Part shown: positions 1 through 9,602 of the stretch, piece after piece | Layout: each line of letters begins with the position of its first letter | Position numbering within the stretch: the stretch's first letter is position 1 | From: a virus | Reading direction: 5' to 3' (one strand) | DNA: 64,000 bases | Virus record (IMG/VR): IMGVR_UViG_3300025327_000717 | Coordinates: 8,954-72,953 of that record | Made by a program: the position numbers and the translations under genes | The notes under the pieces: model-generated | What the model was told of the DNA's origin: nothing | What the model saw: the letters and a program-made list of their open reading frames with translations, nothing else | Databases searched by the model: none

Positions 1-27
1 TGGTGCGTCGGGATGATGATGCTGACC

Positions 28-951
28 CTAGCCACGCAGCATCCTCGCCAGTCCCTCCTCGAGAGATATCTTCGGCTCGTAGTACGTCTTCATCAGCGTC
101 GGGTCGCAATAACGTTGCATGACCCCGAACGGCTTGTCGGCAAGATTGACTATCTTGGGCTCGTAATCGACGATCGATGCCACCCGTAAGGCAAGTTCGT
201 TGAAACTGACAGGCTCTCCGCACCCGATGTTCATGGCTACATAGCCGTCGATGCCGTTCTTGACCCGAGCGATGGTGGCCCCCACGACATCGTCGACATG
301 GATGAAGTCACGTGTCTGTGTCCCCGGGCCCCAGACTATGAGTGGGTCCTCGCGCGCGCGCGCGCGAGCGACTATGGAAGGCACCGGATACTCAGGCGAC
401 TGGTCCTCACCATACCCGCTGAACGGACGGATACAGAGCGTCCTCACGCCATACTTCGCGGCCTTCCAGGCGAGATATTCGCCAACGACCTTCGTGAAGC
501 CATACATCTCATCAGCGCCAACCCAGAACTGTCCGTTCTTGGGGCTGAAGTCGGCTTCTTGGAGCGGCGCAGTACCCGCATCCTTCTGAAGAGACGTCGG
601 GTAGACCGCTGACGAACTGGGGTAGACGATGACCCTCGGCTTGGCCTTAGCGGCCCAACGGAAGAGAGCCGCATCCAATCTTAGGGAGTCAGCGTTGAAA
701 AGCGGGTCGCCCTCGATCTTCTCCCTGCCTCCGACGGGCGCTGCGAAGTGATAGACGATGTCATACCTCGGATGACCTGATCGCCCGAGAAAAGAGGCAG
801 CATCATCCACCTGCAAACCAGGGCCATGGTCCCATCTGGCATATGGGCTGGACATGTCGTCCACCGCAGTCACACGATGGTCAAGATAGAGATGATGCTT
901 GGCGAAGTGTCGCCCGAGAAATCCGGCGCCCCCGAGTACCAAGATGTTCAT
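28..951 (-). CDS. NAD-dependent epimerase/dehydratase (extended SDR; nucleotide-sugar modifying)
   Basis: N-terminal GGAGFLG Rossmann motif, SSSAVY, catalytic YxxxK (YGFTK), TRDFIHVDD. Confidence 0.92.
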   Translation of the reverse strand: MNILVLGGAGFLGRHFAKHHLYLDHRVTAVDDMSSPYARWDHGPGLQVDDAASFLGRSGHPRYDIVYHFAAPVGGREKIEGDPLFNADSLRLDAALFRWAAKAKPRVIVYPSSSAVYPTSLQKDAGTAPLQEADFSPKNGQFWVGADEMYGFTKVVGEYLAWKAAKYGVRTLCIRPFSGYGEDQSPEYPVPSIVARARAREDPLIVWGPGTQTRDFIHVDDVVGATIARVKNGIDGYVAMNIGCGEPVSFNELALRVASIVDYEPKIVNLADKPFGVMQRYCDPTLMKTYYEPKISLEEGLARMLRG

Positions 952-1436
952 AGCCCACCCTGCATGGCCCGTCTTCCAAACCTAGCCGTAGCTGCCCCGC
1001 GAGCGGCTCCAGAGTCATGACGACCATGGCACGGGCGACATAGGGCCACCCAGTCACTGGGGTCACGTCGATACTCATGGCTCAGGTTGGCCCAATCCAA
1101 CTTGCCCCGCTCGCCACATCCGACGCAGGTCTCAGGCTTAGTGCGTACAGATGCTATCCAGAGATGGAGAGTGCGATAACCCACGGCGCCACCACGCCAG
1201 TGCGAGGATGCCTCGCCCTTCATCTCTACCCTCCCGGGCAAGAACCAGCCAGTGTTGACGACTCGCTTGGTGTAGTGACCGCGTTTCACCCCGATGTTCG
1301 AGTAGAGCGCTCGACACCGCTGACTACAATAACGTCCTCTACCTGCGGCGATACGCCCCTCAGTCACCCTGAACTTCTCGCCGCATAGACAAATCACTTC
1401 GACCTTCGGGACGCGCTCTCCCCAATAGCCCCTCAC
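948..1436 (-). CDS. HNH-type homing endonuclease with N-terminal Cys-rich domain
   Basis: CxC...YCSQRC, then CxxC...ANLSHEY...LCRPCHGRHD; 4-bp overlaps with both neighbours. Confidence 0.7.
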   Translation of the reverse strand: MRGYWGERVPKVEVICLCGEKFRVTEGRIAAGRGRYCSQRCRALYSNIGVKRGHYTKRVVNTGWFLPGRVEMKGEASSHWRGGAVGYRTLHLWIASVRTKPETCVGCGERGKLDWANLSHEYRRDPSDWVALCRPCHGRHDSGAARGAATARFGRRAMQGGL

Positions 1437-2023
1437 TCCCGCTCCCCCCAGCCGATGACCATCTCATAACCCATCGGAAAGTTCCAAGCCTCTCCGAGCC
1501 TGTGCCCACCCATCGAGAACCATGCCTCGAAGTCTTCCGGATAGTAGGCCCAGATGTGCCCTTCTTCCGGGTCCCAGCCATCCCGCACGAGTGGATGACC
1601 GATGATCACAAACTTCGCCAGCGGCATCCATGCCTTCACGAGTCCCACGGGGTCATGGATGTGTTCGAGGAACTCGCAGAGGACGAGGATGTCGCACTCG
1701 GCAGGCTCGATGTCCTCGATCTTCGCCTCTATCACCGCCATCTTCGGATAGCGTTCCCGGGTCGCGGCCACGGCAGCAGGGACGACGTCGTAGCCCGTGA
1801 CGATATGAGCAGGGGTGAACCAACCGCTGATATCACCCGCACTGCATCCAGGCTCGATGATCCTAGCTGGCCCCGGGATGCGTGGCAGGAGACCCCTGAT
1901 GATGTCTCTCGCTTTGTTCACTCGCTCCGTCTGGGTGTCGGCGAAGATCGACACGGCCGTCCCGTCGTAACGGAGGTTGTAGGCGATTATCTGTTCTGGG
2001 GTCCATCCCTGGATACGCCTCAC
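1433..2023 (-). CDS. class I SAM-dependent methyltransferase
   Basis: IIEPGCSAG motif I and CEFLEHIHDP; start placed at the GTG overlapping the upstream TGA (ORF track extends to 2095). Confidence 0.8.
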   Translation of the reverse strand: MRRIQGWTPEQIIAYNLRYDGTAVSIFADTQTERVNKARDIIRGLLPRIPGPARIIEPGCSAGDISGWFTPAHIVTGYDVVPAAVAATRERYPKMAVIEAKIEDIEPAECDILVLCEFLEHIHDPVGLVKAWMPLAKFVIIGHPLVRDGWDPEEGHIWAYYPEDFEAWFSMGGHRLGEAWNFPMGYEMVIGWGERE

Positions 2024-2604
2024 CGACAGACCCAGATCTGGAAGTCGTACTCGAGATGTAGGAAAGCTAGTCCGGTCTTCTGGATCGGTTCCCAACCTGC
2101 CTCGACGAGCATCTTCATGTACCCATCGCTATCGAACATCCAGAGGTGCTCAGGGTTCGTATCGACTTGTCCGACCCGCATCTCTGGCGACGAGGCTATC
2201 AACCTGCCCGCCTTCAAGCGAGCTAGCTTGAGGACATCATCTGGATATTCGAGGTGTTCGAGGATCTCTGTGAGGACGACGACATCGAAGTATTCTTCGC
2301 GGTCGAGCGCCTCTTGGAGGCTCTCGCACCGGATATCGATACCGATCTCGCCCGCCATCTCCTGGAGCGAGAAGATGTTAGGGGTGCTGACATCAGAGAG
2401 CACGAGCCTAGGGATGGGCTGGATGGTCTCGGCAAGACAGACGATGCTGCCATCGCCACAAGCCGGATCGATGAGTGAGTCAGGCTTGAGCCAGGCGATG
2501 AGGCCGGCAGTGACGTTTGTCCTGGCGATGTGATCGCACCAGGCGCTGTTGTGGCGCTCGACCTGATAGTCGAAGCCGGGGGAGTTTCCGGTCCGCTGCC
2601 TCAC
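2020..2604 (-). CDS. class I SAM-dependent methyltransferase
   Basis: LIDPACGDG motif I, FDVVVLTEILEHLEYP; GTGA overlap with upstream gene. Confidence 0.82.
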   Translation of the reverse strand: MRQRTGNSPGFDYQVERHNSAWCDHIARTNVTAGLIAWLKPDSLIDPACGDGSIVCLAETIQPIPRLVLSDVSTPNIFSLQEMAGEIGIDIRCESLQEALDREEYFDVVVLTEILEHLEYPDDVLKLARLKAGRLIASSPEMRVGQVDTNPEHLWMFDSDGYMKMLVEAGWEPIQKTGLAFLHLEYDFQIWVCR

Positions 2605-3269
2605 AGGACAGCCCTGATCGTCTCGATGTCCATGGCTGCTCTCCCAGATGAGACCCACTCGTTGAAGACTCGGCTGTCATGCAGGTACATCGAGTGCGCG
2701 TTCACACGTGCGTAGCCCTCATCCATCTCGGCCGTACCGGCAATCGGATGGCAGTGCTCGATGACGACATCCGGTAAGTAGAAGTACCGATCGACGCCCT
2801 GCGCGAGGACTCGCCACGCATCGTCGAGATAGAGATGCTTAGCGCCCGGCAGGCTCATCCACCCGAGGGTCCTGACGATGCCGCTGCTGATGAAGACCTG
2901 TGAAGGGATGTCGTGACGGATGCGATCATCGCCATAAGCGAAACCTGGCGTCTCGAGCGCCTTCGTGATGGCCGCATCCCAGGCCTGTGTCCGGAAGCGA
3001 TGGTCATCACCGACGAAGCCGACGATGTCGTGAAGCTGTGAGTACTCTGCGGACGCGACGTTGAGCGGGGGCCCCATCCCGCCACCCTCATGCTTGTATG
3101 TCGCGACAGGGACTTGTTGCTTCACGTATCCGATGAACGTGTCGTCGTCGGCATCGACGACGAAGACCATCTTCGTGTCATCCAGCGATCTCGTCGCCTC
3201 GAAGGCGTCATACGCCTCTCGTGCCTTGATGGGTCGCCCCCTGGAAGGGCAGATGACGATCATCGACAT
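2601..3269 (-). CDS. GT-A fold glycosyltransferase (GT2-like)
   Basis: IVICPSRGRP start, VVDADD, GDD (DxD-like), HLYLDD, IEHCHP; start 3269 or 3263. Confidence 0.82.
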   Translation of the reverse strand: MSMIVICPSRGRPIKAREAYDAFEATRSLDDTKMVFVVDADDDTFIGYVKQQVPVATYKHEGGGMGPPLNVASAEYSQLHDIVGFVGDDHRFRTQAWDAAITKALETPGFAYGDDRIRHDIPSQVFISSGIVRTLGWMSLPGAKHLYLDDAWRVLAQGVDRYFYLPDVVIEHCHPIAGTAEMDEGYARVNAHSMYLHDSRVFNEWVSSGRAAMDIETIRAVL

Positions 3270-3287
3270 GATGCACGATTGTGACAC

Positions 3288-3332
3288 AAAGAAACGTCCC
3301 CGTGGAGGGGCTGAGGCTCCACGAGGACGTTT
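3288..3332 (-). terminator. intrinsic terminator
   Basis: Hairpin aaacgtcc-cgtggag / ctccacg-aggacgttt followed on the minus strand by TTTCTTTG. Confidence 0.7.
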
Positions 3333-3593
3333 GATGTTGTGCGACCGGGACGTGTCTCCGGGGTATCAACTCCCAGCCCGTCCGGACATGCTCGTCAGCT
3401 ACCCGCTAGTCTCGGGTACGAGGGAGTCGGTGGTGCCTGATGGGGCCCCACGCCCTCGATGGTCTGAGCAGTCAGTTCTGCTTCGGCCGCACCAAGAGTC
3501 TACTCCACCCATGTTCGCATCACGGCCGCAGCGCGCCTTGCCTCGGAGGCAGTGGTCCTACCTTACAAGGCAAGAGTTAGTGTTTTGCTACCC

Positions 3594-4082
3594 TTAGGTC
3601 TCATCGAACGAGTAGCTGACGGTCTCCTGCCCCCAGTTGCCCGGGTTGGCATCGGCATCCACGACGAGCTGGAACACGAGGTAGCGGGTCGTGGCATCGG
3701 TAGCCGAGTACGACGAAGCATCCCATGCCAGCTTGTTGCCCGAGGTGTAGTTAGCGAACGTCGTGGTCGCGACGGAGGAGGTCGTGGCCACAGGCGTGAC
3801 GCCTGTGATCTGGTTGGCGCCGACCATGAGGGTCGTCGATGAGCCGACCGCGCCATCACCCCAGACCAGGAAGTTCGTGACGCCGTTGTCGGGTGCGGTG
3901 CTGAGCTTGAGCTTGAGCCACTTGTCATAGCTCTTGGTGCCGACGCTGATCGGGTTCGCCTGCCTGTTGGCAAGCGAGTTCGTGGCGTTGTCGGCACTGA
4001 TCATGTCGATACCGGTGACCGTCGCTGATTCGGTCCCGGCGTTGGTTCCCGTGTACACACGGAGCGTGAGTGTCGCGACCAT
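3594..4082 (-). CDS. putative virion structural protein (Thr-rich, beta-rich)
   Basis: Immediately downstream of portal; T/S/A/N-rich composition typical of virion proteins. Confidence 0.6.
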   Translation of the reverse strand: MVATLTLRVYTGTNAGTESATVTGIDMISADNATNSLANRQANPISVGTKSYDKWLKLKLSTAPDNGVTNFLVWGDGAVGSSTTLMVGANQITGVTPVATTSSVATTTFANYTSGNKLAWDASSYSATDATTRYLVFQLVVDADANPGNWGQETVSYSFDET

Positions 4083-4088
4083 CTCTGG

Positions 4089-5501
4089 TTACTCCATCAT
4101 GTCGCCCGCGTCATCCTCGAGGAGGGGGTCGCTCATCCATCCTGAGGACGAGCTTCCACTCGGGAGCGCCGGCTTGCTGGCCTTCGACTCGAGGACCTCT
4201 CGAGCGGTCGGTACTTCACCCTCCATGAGCAGGACGGGTCCAGAAGGACCCATCGCCAGGAGGGACGAGCCGAGCGTCCCACCAAGGGGCGGTCGGCCAT
4301 CCTCACGCCGCGCTTCGTCGACGACCATCCAGGACATCCCTGCAAGCGCGTAACGGTTACGTTGGGCACGAGTGATCGATTCCTTCAGGTTCAGTGCTGC
4401 GAACTTGAAGATGAGGTTGTTGCGAGCACCACCGAAGGACTTGTCATGGACGACGCCCTTCGTGACGTAGCGAGCCGTGAGATCGAGGAGCGGACGCAGG
4501 CCCCGGTCCTCGGTGTTCGCGTTGGTGACAGAGGCCGTAGCGCGGTTGGTATCGAGCGGGATACCGAGGTCCTGGAGTGACATCCCGAAGACCGCTGCCG
4601 TCTTGCGCGCGAGGTACATCTGGAACTCCAGGAACTGCATCTCCCGGTTGCCCATCCGGAAGGGCACGAACTTGCTGCCTTTCGTGCCGCCCAGGAAAGC
4701 CATGGCTCCCCTGCCGGCCACTTCGGCATCCCAATACCGTTTGAAGTCTTCGACCTGGTCGGGGCGCACCTGCTCGCCAAGATCGAGGATGCCGTCCGGA
4801 GCCGGTGACTTCATCTGGCGCACGTTGTAGCTCTGGCCCGTGAGTTCGGCATCCACGACGATGCGCAACGTCTCGAGCGGGGCCAATCCGACCACCCGAT
4901 AGCTCATCGGGTTGGCACGCATGTAGATGAAGTCTTCGTTCTTGAACTGGGCTCGTTCCTGGTAGTCGGGATACCAGAAGTAGCGTGGCTCTTCGGGGTC
5001 GCCATCCCAGTACTTGTTGACACGCATCGTCGATCCGTCAACGACATGGAGATAAGCGATGTCACCTCGGAGGGTACGTTCCTTCTCGATCGACCCGGCA
5101 TCGATGACGAGGGTGTCCTCGATGACCTGCTGGATGAAGGTCGTCCACATCTCGTCGACCGGGTTGGGTTCTTTTAGGAGCCACGTGATCTCCTCGGCAG
5201 CCGAGCGACTCCATGGCTTCTTGTGGTCCTCGGCGTCGATGATCCACTCGGCCTGGGCGACCTGGTCGCGACGGATGTTGAGGGCCGCGCGCACCCACTC
5301 CCCATGTTCGGCCCAGTGGCGGAAGAGCTTTGCGTTGGGCAGCCCGACACGTCCACGGTCCTGCGTCGTGAGCGTCGCTGTCGGTGCGTTGGGGACGCGC
5401 TTGGGGCTCGTCACCATGGCGTTCTGGATGGCGGTACCGACTCCACGCAATCGCATGCGCATCTCGGCGCCCGATTGATCGCGCGCGAAGAGGGTCATCA
5501 T
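4089..5501 (-). CDS. phage portal protein (HK97-like)
   Basis: LLKEPNP, GLAPLE, PDGIL, MQFLE...AAVFG, VDEARREDG motifs; follows terminase. Confidence 0.92.
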   Translation of the reverse strand: MMTLFARDQSGAEMRMRLRGVGTAIQNAMVTSPKRVPNAPTATLTTQDRGRVGLPNAKLFRHWAEHGEWVRAALNIRRDQVAQAEWIIDAEDHKKPWSRSAAEEITWLLKEPNPVDEMWTTFIQQVIEDTLVIDAGSIEKERTLRGDIAYLHVVDGSTMRVNKYWDGDPEEPRYFWYPDYQERAQFKNEDFIYMRANPMSYRVVGLAPLETLRIVVDAELTGQSYNVRQMKSPAPDGILDLGEQVRPDQVEDFKRYWDAEVAGRGAMAFLGGTKGSKFVPFRMGNREMQFLEFQMYLARKTAAVFGMSLQDLGIPLDTNRATASVTNANTEDRGLRPLLDLTARYVTKGVVHDKSFGGARNNLIFKFAALNLKESITRAQRNRYALAGMSWMVVDEARREDGRPPLGGTLGSSLLAMGPSGPVLLMEGEVPTAREVLESKASKPALPSGSSSSGWMSDPLLEDDAGDMME

Positions 5502-5689
5502 CTGGAGGCCTCGAAGTGGGACCGCAGGAGCTCCTGCTGAGCCTTGTACATGTGCTCATCGAGAAGCCGCTTCTCGGCGGCTTTGATGGCCTCTTCGTAC
5601 GTCATCTTGTAGGTGTCGAGGCCGATCACCATGACCTCGACATGGTCGGGCACGGTGCGCCAGCCATCCCGGAACTCGATGTCCTTCAT
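5498..5689 (-). CDS. hypothetical protein
   Basis: ATG with GGAGG RBS between terL and portal; ATGA overlap with portal. Confidence 0.6.
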   Translation of the reverse strand: MKDIEFRDGWRTVPDHVEVMVIGLDTYKMTYEEAIKAAEKRLLDEHMYKAQQELLRSHFEASR

Positions 5690-5690
5690 G

Positions 5691-7124
5691 TCACCTCCGC
5701 AGTGACCCGAAGACGAACCCACCGCCACCGAAGTCCATGCTGAACCCGAGGGCATCGACGAGGTCGTCATGGCCCTTCGGGAAGGTCTTGAGCTGGGTCT
5801 CGAAGTCAGACTTCTCCAGCGAACGGTGATGGAACACCTTGTGCGCCTCGTACTTGGCGGCAACAGCCCTGGCTCGCGTCGTCTTGTCAGTGTCAGAGGC
5901 CTTCCCTTCGATGGGGATGTGCGGGTAATCCCGCATCACCTCCTGCACGAGGGTCGACTGGAACTGCTGGCTCTCTACCACCACCAAGCCGGGATTGAAG
6001 GCGTTGTAACCATCACTGATGAACTTCGCATGTCCAGTCTCGCGCCTATCCTGATAGTAGGCCCTGACGTAGTAGTTCCCCTGCTGGTCACGCGAGGTGG
6101 TCACGCGAGCGGTGTAATCGGCGCGTTCCTTCTCCGAGCTCGCGAGGTCGACTCCCATGACGGTGGTGTAGGCGCCTTCGGGCAAGGCGTCGTAATACTG
6201 GAAGTGGCGTGACTGAAAGACCGAACCCTCCATGAGCCCGCTGATGTCGTTCTGATACGCGCACATGAAGAGCGGCGTCCCCAGCTCCACCCTCTTCGCG
6301 AGCAACGTCTTCCGTGACCAGTGCTCCTCCCAATAGCTCTCGACCTCATCATCCTTCCCAGTCGGACGAAGCGCGCTCACGACCTTGCTTCGCCAGCCTC
6401 GTCCGCCCTTCTCCACGGGGGTGATGAGTTTCTCGTACAGATCATCCTCGGCCCAGCGTGTGCCCAGGATGATGACCACGCCATCCGGTGTCAGGCACGG
6501 TAGGAGGGTCTGGAAGAACCACTTCTCGACCTTCTCGCGAGCCTCAGGGGTGAGGGTGTTCTCCTCGTCGAGGATGTCATCGCAGAGGATGATGTCGAAG
6601 CGCTTGCTGATGATGGCGCCACCGCAACCAGCGGCGTAGAGCGTGACGTCCTTGCTGCCATGCCACTTCGACTGCCTGTGGAGCCACTCCATGTCGCGCC
6701 ACTTCGAGGGACTGACGCAATCCCCGAAGATCTCACGGTGCTTCTCGTTGGACTCGAGCGTGAAGCGGATGGCCCTGGAGAAGTCAAGAGCCTGGGTCGC
6801 CGTGTTGCTGATGAGGCCGATACGGAGATCAGGGAACATCGACGTCAGCCATGAGGCTGAGATCGTGTTGCCCCATGTCGTCTTGGCTGCTCCTCGGGGT
6901 TCGAGCACGACCGCGTTCTGGCGTGCGTACATGGCCTCGAAGATGAACTCGAGCATCTCTCGATGATGCTTCGCCGCCGAGTACCCGAAGACGTACTCCC
7001 CGTACGCCGTGACCCCCTCGATACCGTCAGTTGACCGAGCGAGCCCCCTCAAGGCGAGGGAGAGGACTTGATATGACTGGGCGGGTGTCAGCCCCTGCTT
7101 GTCGGGCTGCGTCGGCGAGGTCAC
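5691..7124 (-). CDS. terL: terminase large subunit
   Basis: Walker A-like PRGAAKTT, Walker B IILCDD, GTRW, RNase H-like GVDLA and HDDLVDAL. Confidence 0.95.
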   Translation of the reverse strand: MTSPTQPDKQGLTPAQSYQVLSLALRGLARSTDGIEGVTAYGEYVFGYSAAKHHREMLEFIFEAMYARQNAVVLEPRGAAKTTWGNTISASWLTSMFPDLRIGLISNTATQALDFSRAIRFTLESNEKHREIFGDCVSPSKWRDMEWLHRQSKWHGSKDVTLYAAGCGGAIISKRFDIILCDDILDEENTLTPEAREKVEKWFFQTLLPCLTPDGVVIILGTRWAEDDLYEKLITPVEKGGRGWRSKVVSALRPTGKDDEVESYWEEHWSRKTLLAKRVELGTPLFMCAYQNDISGLMEGSVFQSRHFQYYDALPEGAYTTVMGVDLASSEKERADYTARVTTSRDQQGNYYVRAYYQDRRETGHAKFISDGYNAFNPGLVVVESQQFQSTLVQEVMRDYPHIPIEGKASDTDKTTRARAVAAKYEAHKVFHHRSLEKSDFETQLKTFPKGHDDLVDALGFSMDFGGGGFVFGSLRR

Positions 7125-7590
7125 GAAGCATCTCCATGGTGAGCTGGTCGGCGCTCACCTCCATGGAGAGATGCGCTTCGCGACTGCTGACTTGTCCGTT
7201 GAGGAGCATGATCTTCTCGAGGATCTTGACGAAGTCACCAGCGGCGATCTGCTGTGCTGGGATGAGGACTGGCTCACTAGCGCCCGGTAGGCTGACCCAG
7301 CGATCCTTGAGCGAGTCGAGAAAGGTATAGACCGCTTGATTGGCGACCATGATGGCGTCGTCTAACGCGCTGGCCAGTTTCGCAGCCCTGTTCTCGACCA
7401 CGACACGCGACTCGGCTTCCCTCAGCTTCTGCTGGAACTCTTCGCGCTTCTCCAGCCAACCGTTGCGCTTGGCATAGACGCTCACGGTCGACCATGTGCT
7501 GATGCCGTTATCACGGCAGAGTTGTCGCATCGACATCGTGCCATGCACGAACTGACGCTCGAGATCCTGATGATCGTACTTCTTGGCCAC
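7027..7590 (-). CDS. terS: terminase small subunit
   Basis: N-terminal HTH-like segment followed by coiled coil, directly upstream of and overlapping terL. Confidence 0.75.
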   Translation of the reverse strand: MAKKYDHQDLERQFVHGTMSMRQLCRDNGISTWSTVSVYAKRNGWLEKREEFQQKLREAESRVVVENRAAKLASALDDAIMVANQAVYTFLDSLKDRWVSLPGASEPVLIPAQQIAAGDFVKILEKIMLLNGQVSSREAHLSMEVSADQLTMEMLRDLADAARQAGADTRPVISSPLPRLEGARSVN

Positions 7591-7605
7591 GATGTCCTCC
7601 TAGAC

Positions 7606-7653
7606 ACGGAAACGCGCCTCGGTCACTTAGCAGGAAACGAGAGGCGCGTTCCG
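7606..7653. promoter_or_regulatory. stem-loop in the terS leader
   Basis: acggaaacgcgcctc ... gaggcgcgttccgt inverted repeat just upstream of the terS RBS. Confidence 0.5.
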
Positions 7654-7708
7654 TCGGGGCCCCAGTCGGCACTTGATGAGTCGCATCCGACGAGCGACAC
7701 CACTGAAT

Positions 7709-8353
7709 CTAACTCAGGAAGTCGGCCGCGATGTACTCCAGTGCCCGCCAGTCCTGATCGATCTCTTCCTGTTCACGCACCTGCGTGATGGCCTGGTCGA
7801 GGACCTTCGCCGATGTCATCGGCATGCGAAAGACGCGCTCCACCCAGCGTTCCTCATCTCCCTGTGCCATCTTCTGGCGCTTCTTCTCGAGCTCATCCCA
7901 GTCGATCTCACGGCGCTCGAGGAGCTGCTCCATGCGCCCCCTGTCGTAAGGCAACAGGTTCGCCAATCGTGAAGCCTCGCGTCGAGATGCGAGATCCTTC
8001 ACCAGCGCCGAGAGGCGGTCCTCCTGCATCGAGCCACGCGTATCGTTGAGGACGATGGTCAGCTCTCGCGCCTCATCATCATCGACATCGAGGACGATGC
8101 AGGGGAAGACATGGATGTCCTCGGCATAGCCAGCCCGCCAGCGGTGCTCGCCGTCGATGATCTCAAAGTCAGCACCGCCCAGGCTACGCACCGTGAGCGG
8201 ATCGACGAAGCCGAACTCCCGGATGGATGCCCGCTCGCGTGCGAACATCCCTTCACTCATCCTGTTGGGGTTCCACGTATTCGGCGTGAGCCGTTCGTAA
8301 GGGACCCAGATGATCTCGAGGCTACTTGATAGCTGTTCCGCGCTCGAACTCAT
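7709..8353 (-). CDS. ParB/Srx N-terminal domain protein
   Basis: PNTWNPNRM, SIREFGFVDPLTVR, IIDGEHRWRA, LNDTRG. Confidence 0.88.
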   Translation of the reverse strand: MSSSAEQLSSSLEIIWVPYERLTPNTWNPNRMSEGMFARERASIREFGFVDPLTVRSLGGADFEIIDGEHRWRAGYAEDIHVFPCIVLDVDDDEARELTIVLNDTRGSMQEDRLSALVKDLASRREASRLANLLPYDRGRMEQLLERREIDWDELEKKRQKMAQGDEERWVERVFRMPMTSAKVLDQAITQVREQEEIDQDWRALEYIAADFLS

Positions 8354-8669
8354 GCCACACATCCACTCTTGTGAGGCCCGGGAAGTGCGCCGCCAGCCGC
8401 TCGAAGAACCAGGCCGCGAGCCCGGTCGTGGTGGTCAGGATGCCAGGAAGCATCTCACTGAGATCACGGTAGTCGAGTTCATCAGTGATGATGCCGACGA
8501 CTCGACGAAGGTCAGCCGAGCCCCTCGGCATGCCGCCGCTATCGATGTCCTCATGGATCACGGTCGCACGGATGTGGTATTCGTGACCGTGCGTCCGCGA
8601 ACAGACCACTGGCTCATCGAGACGATGGGAGGAGTGGAACGGATGGGTCGTCGAAAGCTCGTACCGCAC
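8322..8669 (-). CDS. queD: 6-pyruvoyl-tetrahydropterin synthase / QueD-like protein (divergent)
   Basis: FHSSHRL and CSRTHGHEY Zn/Cys motif; T-fold size (~115 aa); C-terminal motifs altered. Confidence 0.8.
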   Translation of the reverse strand: MRYELSTTHPFHSSHRLDEPVVCSRTHGHEYHIRATVIHEDIDSGGMPRGSADLRRVVGIITDELDYRDLSEMLPGILTTTTGLAAWFFERLAAHFPGLTRVDVWHEFERGTAIK

Positions 8670-8674
8670 GTGGG

Positions 8675-8893
8675 CTAGGTACCCTTCCCCGACCGTTCGG
8701 GTCCCGCGAGCGCGGCGTCCGGTTGCTCTGCAGGATAGCGCACGATCGTGCTGTCCGCACCTCGTTCTGCGGGATACCACGTTCCCAGGACCTCGACGCG
8801 ACCACGCGAGCGGATGACTTGCACCGGCTCTGTGAGGCGTTGGAAGTTGGCGCGGAAGTCACGGACGATGAGGATGCGCTTAGCCTTCCTCAC
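8675..8893 (-). CDS. small protein with Phd/YefM-like N-terminus
   Basis: VRDFRANFQRLTEPVQV resembles the Phd DNA-binding region; paralogous to 16569-16868. Confidence 0.5.
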   Translation of the reverse strand: MRKAKRILIVRDFRANFQRLTEPVQVIRSRGRVEVLGTWYPAERGADSTIVRYPAEQPDAALAGPERSGKGT

Positions 8894-9134
8894 TCGTCGC
8901 TCCTGTCGCTTCTGGAGACACATCACGCCACTTACCATCGCGGAAACGTGTATCGACGACGAAGCTGGAAAGGCTGATGGTCCGCAACTTGCCATCATCG
9001 TCGATGGCGACCCACTCGATAGCCGTAGGGCCCTGATACTCGCCGACACGCTCGACAGAGGAAACGGCACCGACGACGATCACTGGCAAACCGTCGACGG
9101 TGCCGTATAGGGGGTTGAAGAGCTCTGTGTACAT
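8880..9134 (-). CDS. hypothetical protein
   Basis: ORF tiling in the minus-strand operon. Confidence 0.55.
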   Translation of the reverse strand: MYTELFNPLYGTVDGLPVIVVGAVSSVERVGEYQGPTAIEWVAIDDDGKLRTISLSSFVVDTRFRDGKWRDVSPEATGATSEEG

Positions 9135-9164
9135 GTGCCACGAAGGGTACACCATCGTGCCACG

Positions 9165-9398
9165 CTACTTCTTGGGCTTGTCCTTCGGTGCGGTGTCCTG
9201 CATGAAGTAGACGATCTGGTCGGCTGGGACGGCCACGCGCTCACTCGTGCGATTGCCGTTCTTGTCAAGCACCCAGGCCATCAGCCAAGGGATGTTCTTG
9301 TTGGGCTCGAGGACCTCGATGGATCCGCCCTGCCTCGCGACGATGAGTCCACAGGTGCCCTCCTTCGTGACGACCGTGAGTCGATCCCGGATGGCCAT
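9165..9398 (-). CDS. hypothetical protein
   Basis: ATG with GGAG RBS; tiles with neighbours. Confidence 0.55.
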   Translation of the reverse strand: MAIRDRLTVVTKEGTCGLIVARQGGSIEVLEPNKNIPWLMAWVLDKNGNRTSERVAVPADQIVYFMQDTAPKDKPKK

Positions 9399-9602
9399 CA
9401 GAGGCTCCAGCCCAAAGCCTCGGCGACCTGCCAACCGAACAAGAACGCGAGCATCAAGATGAACCAGTGATACCAGAGCCGTAGGGTATCCAGTTGGCTC
9501 ATGATCTCCTCACGAGTCGTCCTGTCCACCATGAGGATCCTCGTATCCCTGCCTCGTTCTTCCATCTCTAGCGTCATGACTGCTCCTTTCGTGTGGTTCT
9601 AA

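Noticed and set aside
349-368. (CG)n run ctcgcgcgcgcgcgcgcgag
   Set aside because: Palindromic but simply encodes ARARARE within the epimerase; no other support
1502-2533. 343-aa plus-strand ORF and many similar antisense ORFs
   Set aside because: Shadow frames of well-supported opposite-strand genes in high-GC DNA; no motifs or RBS
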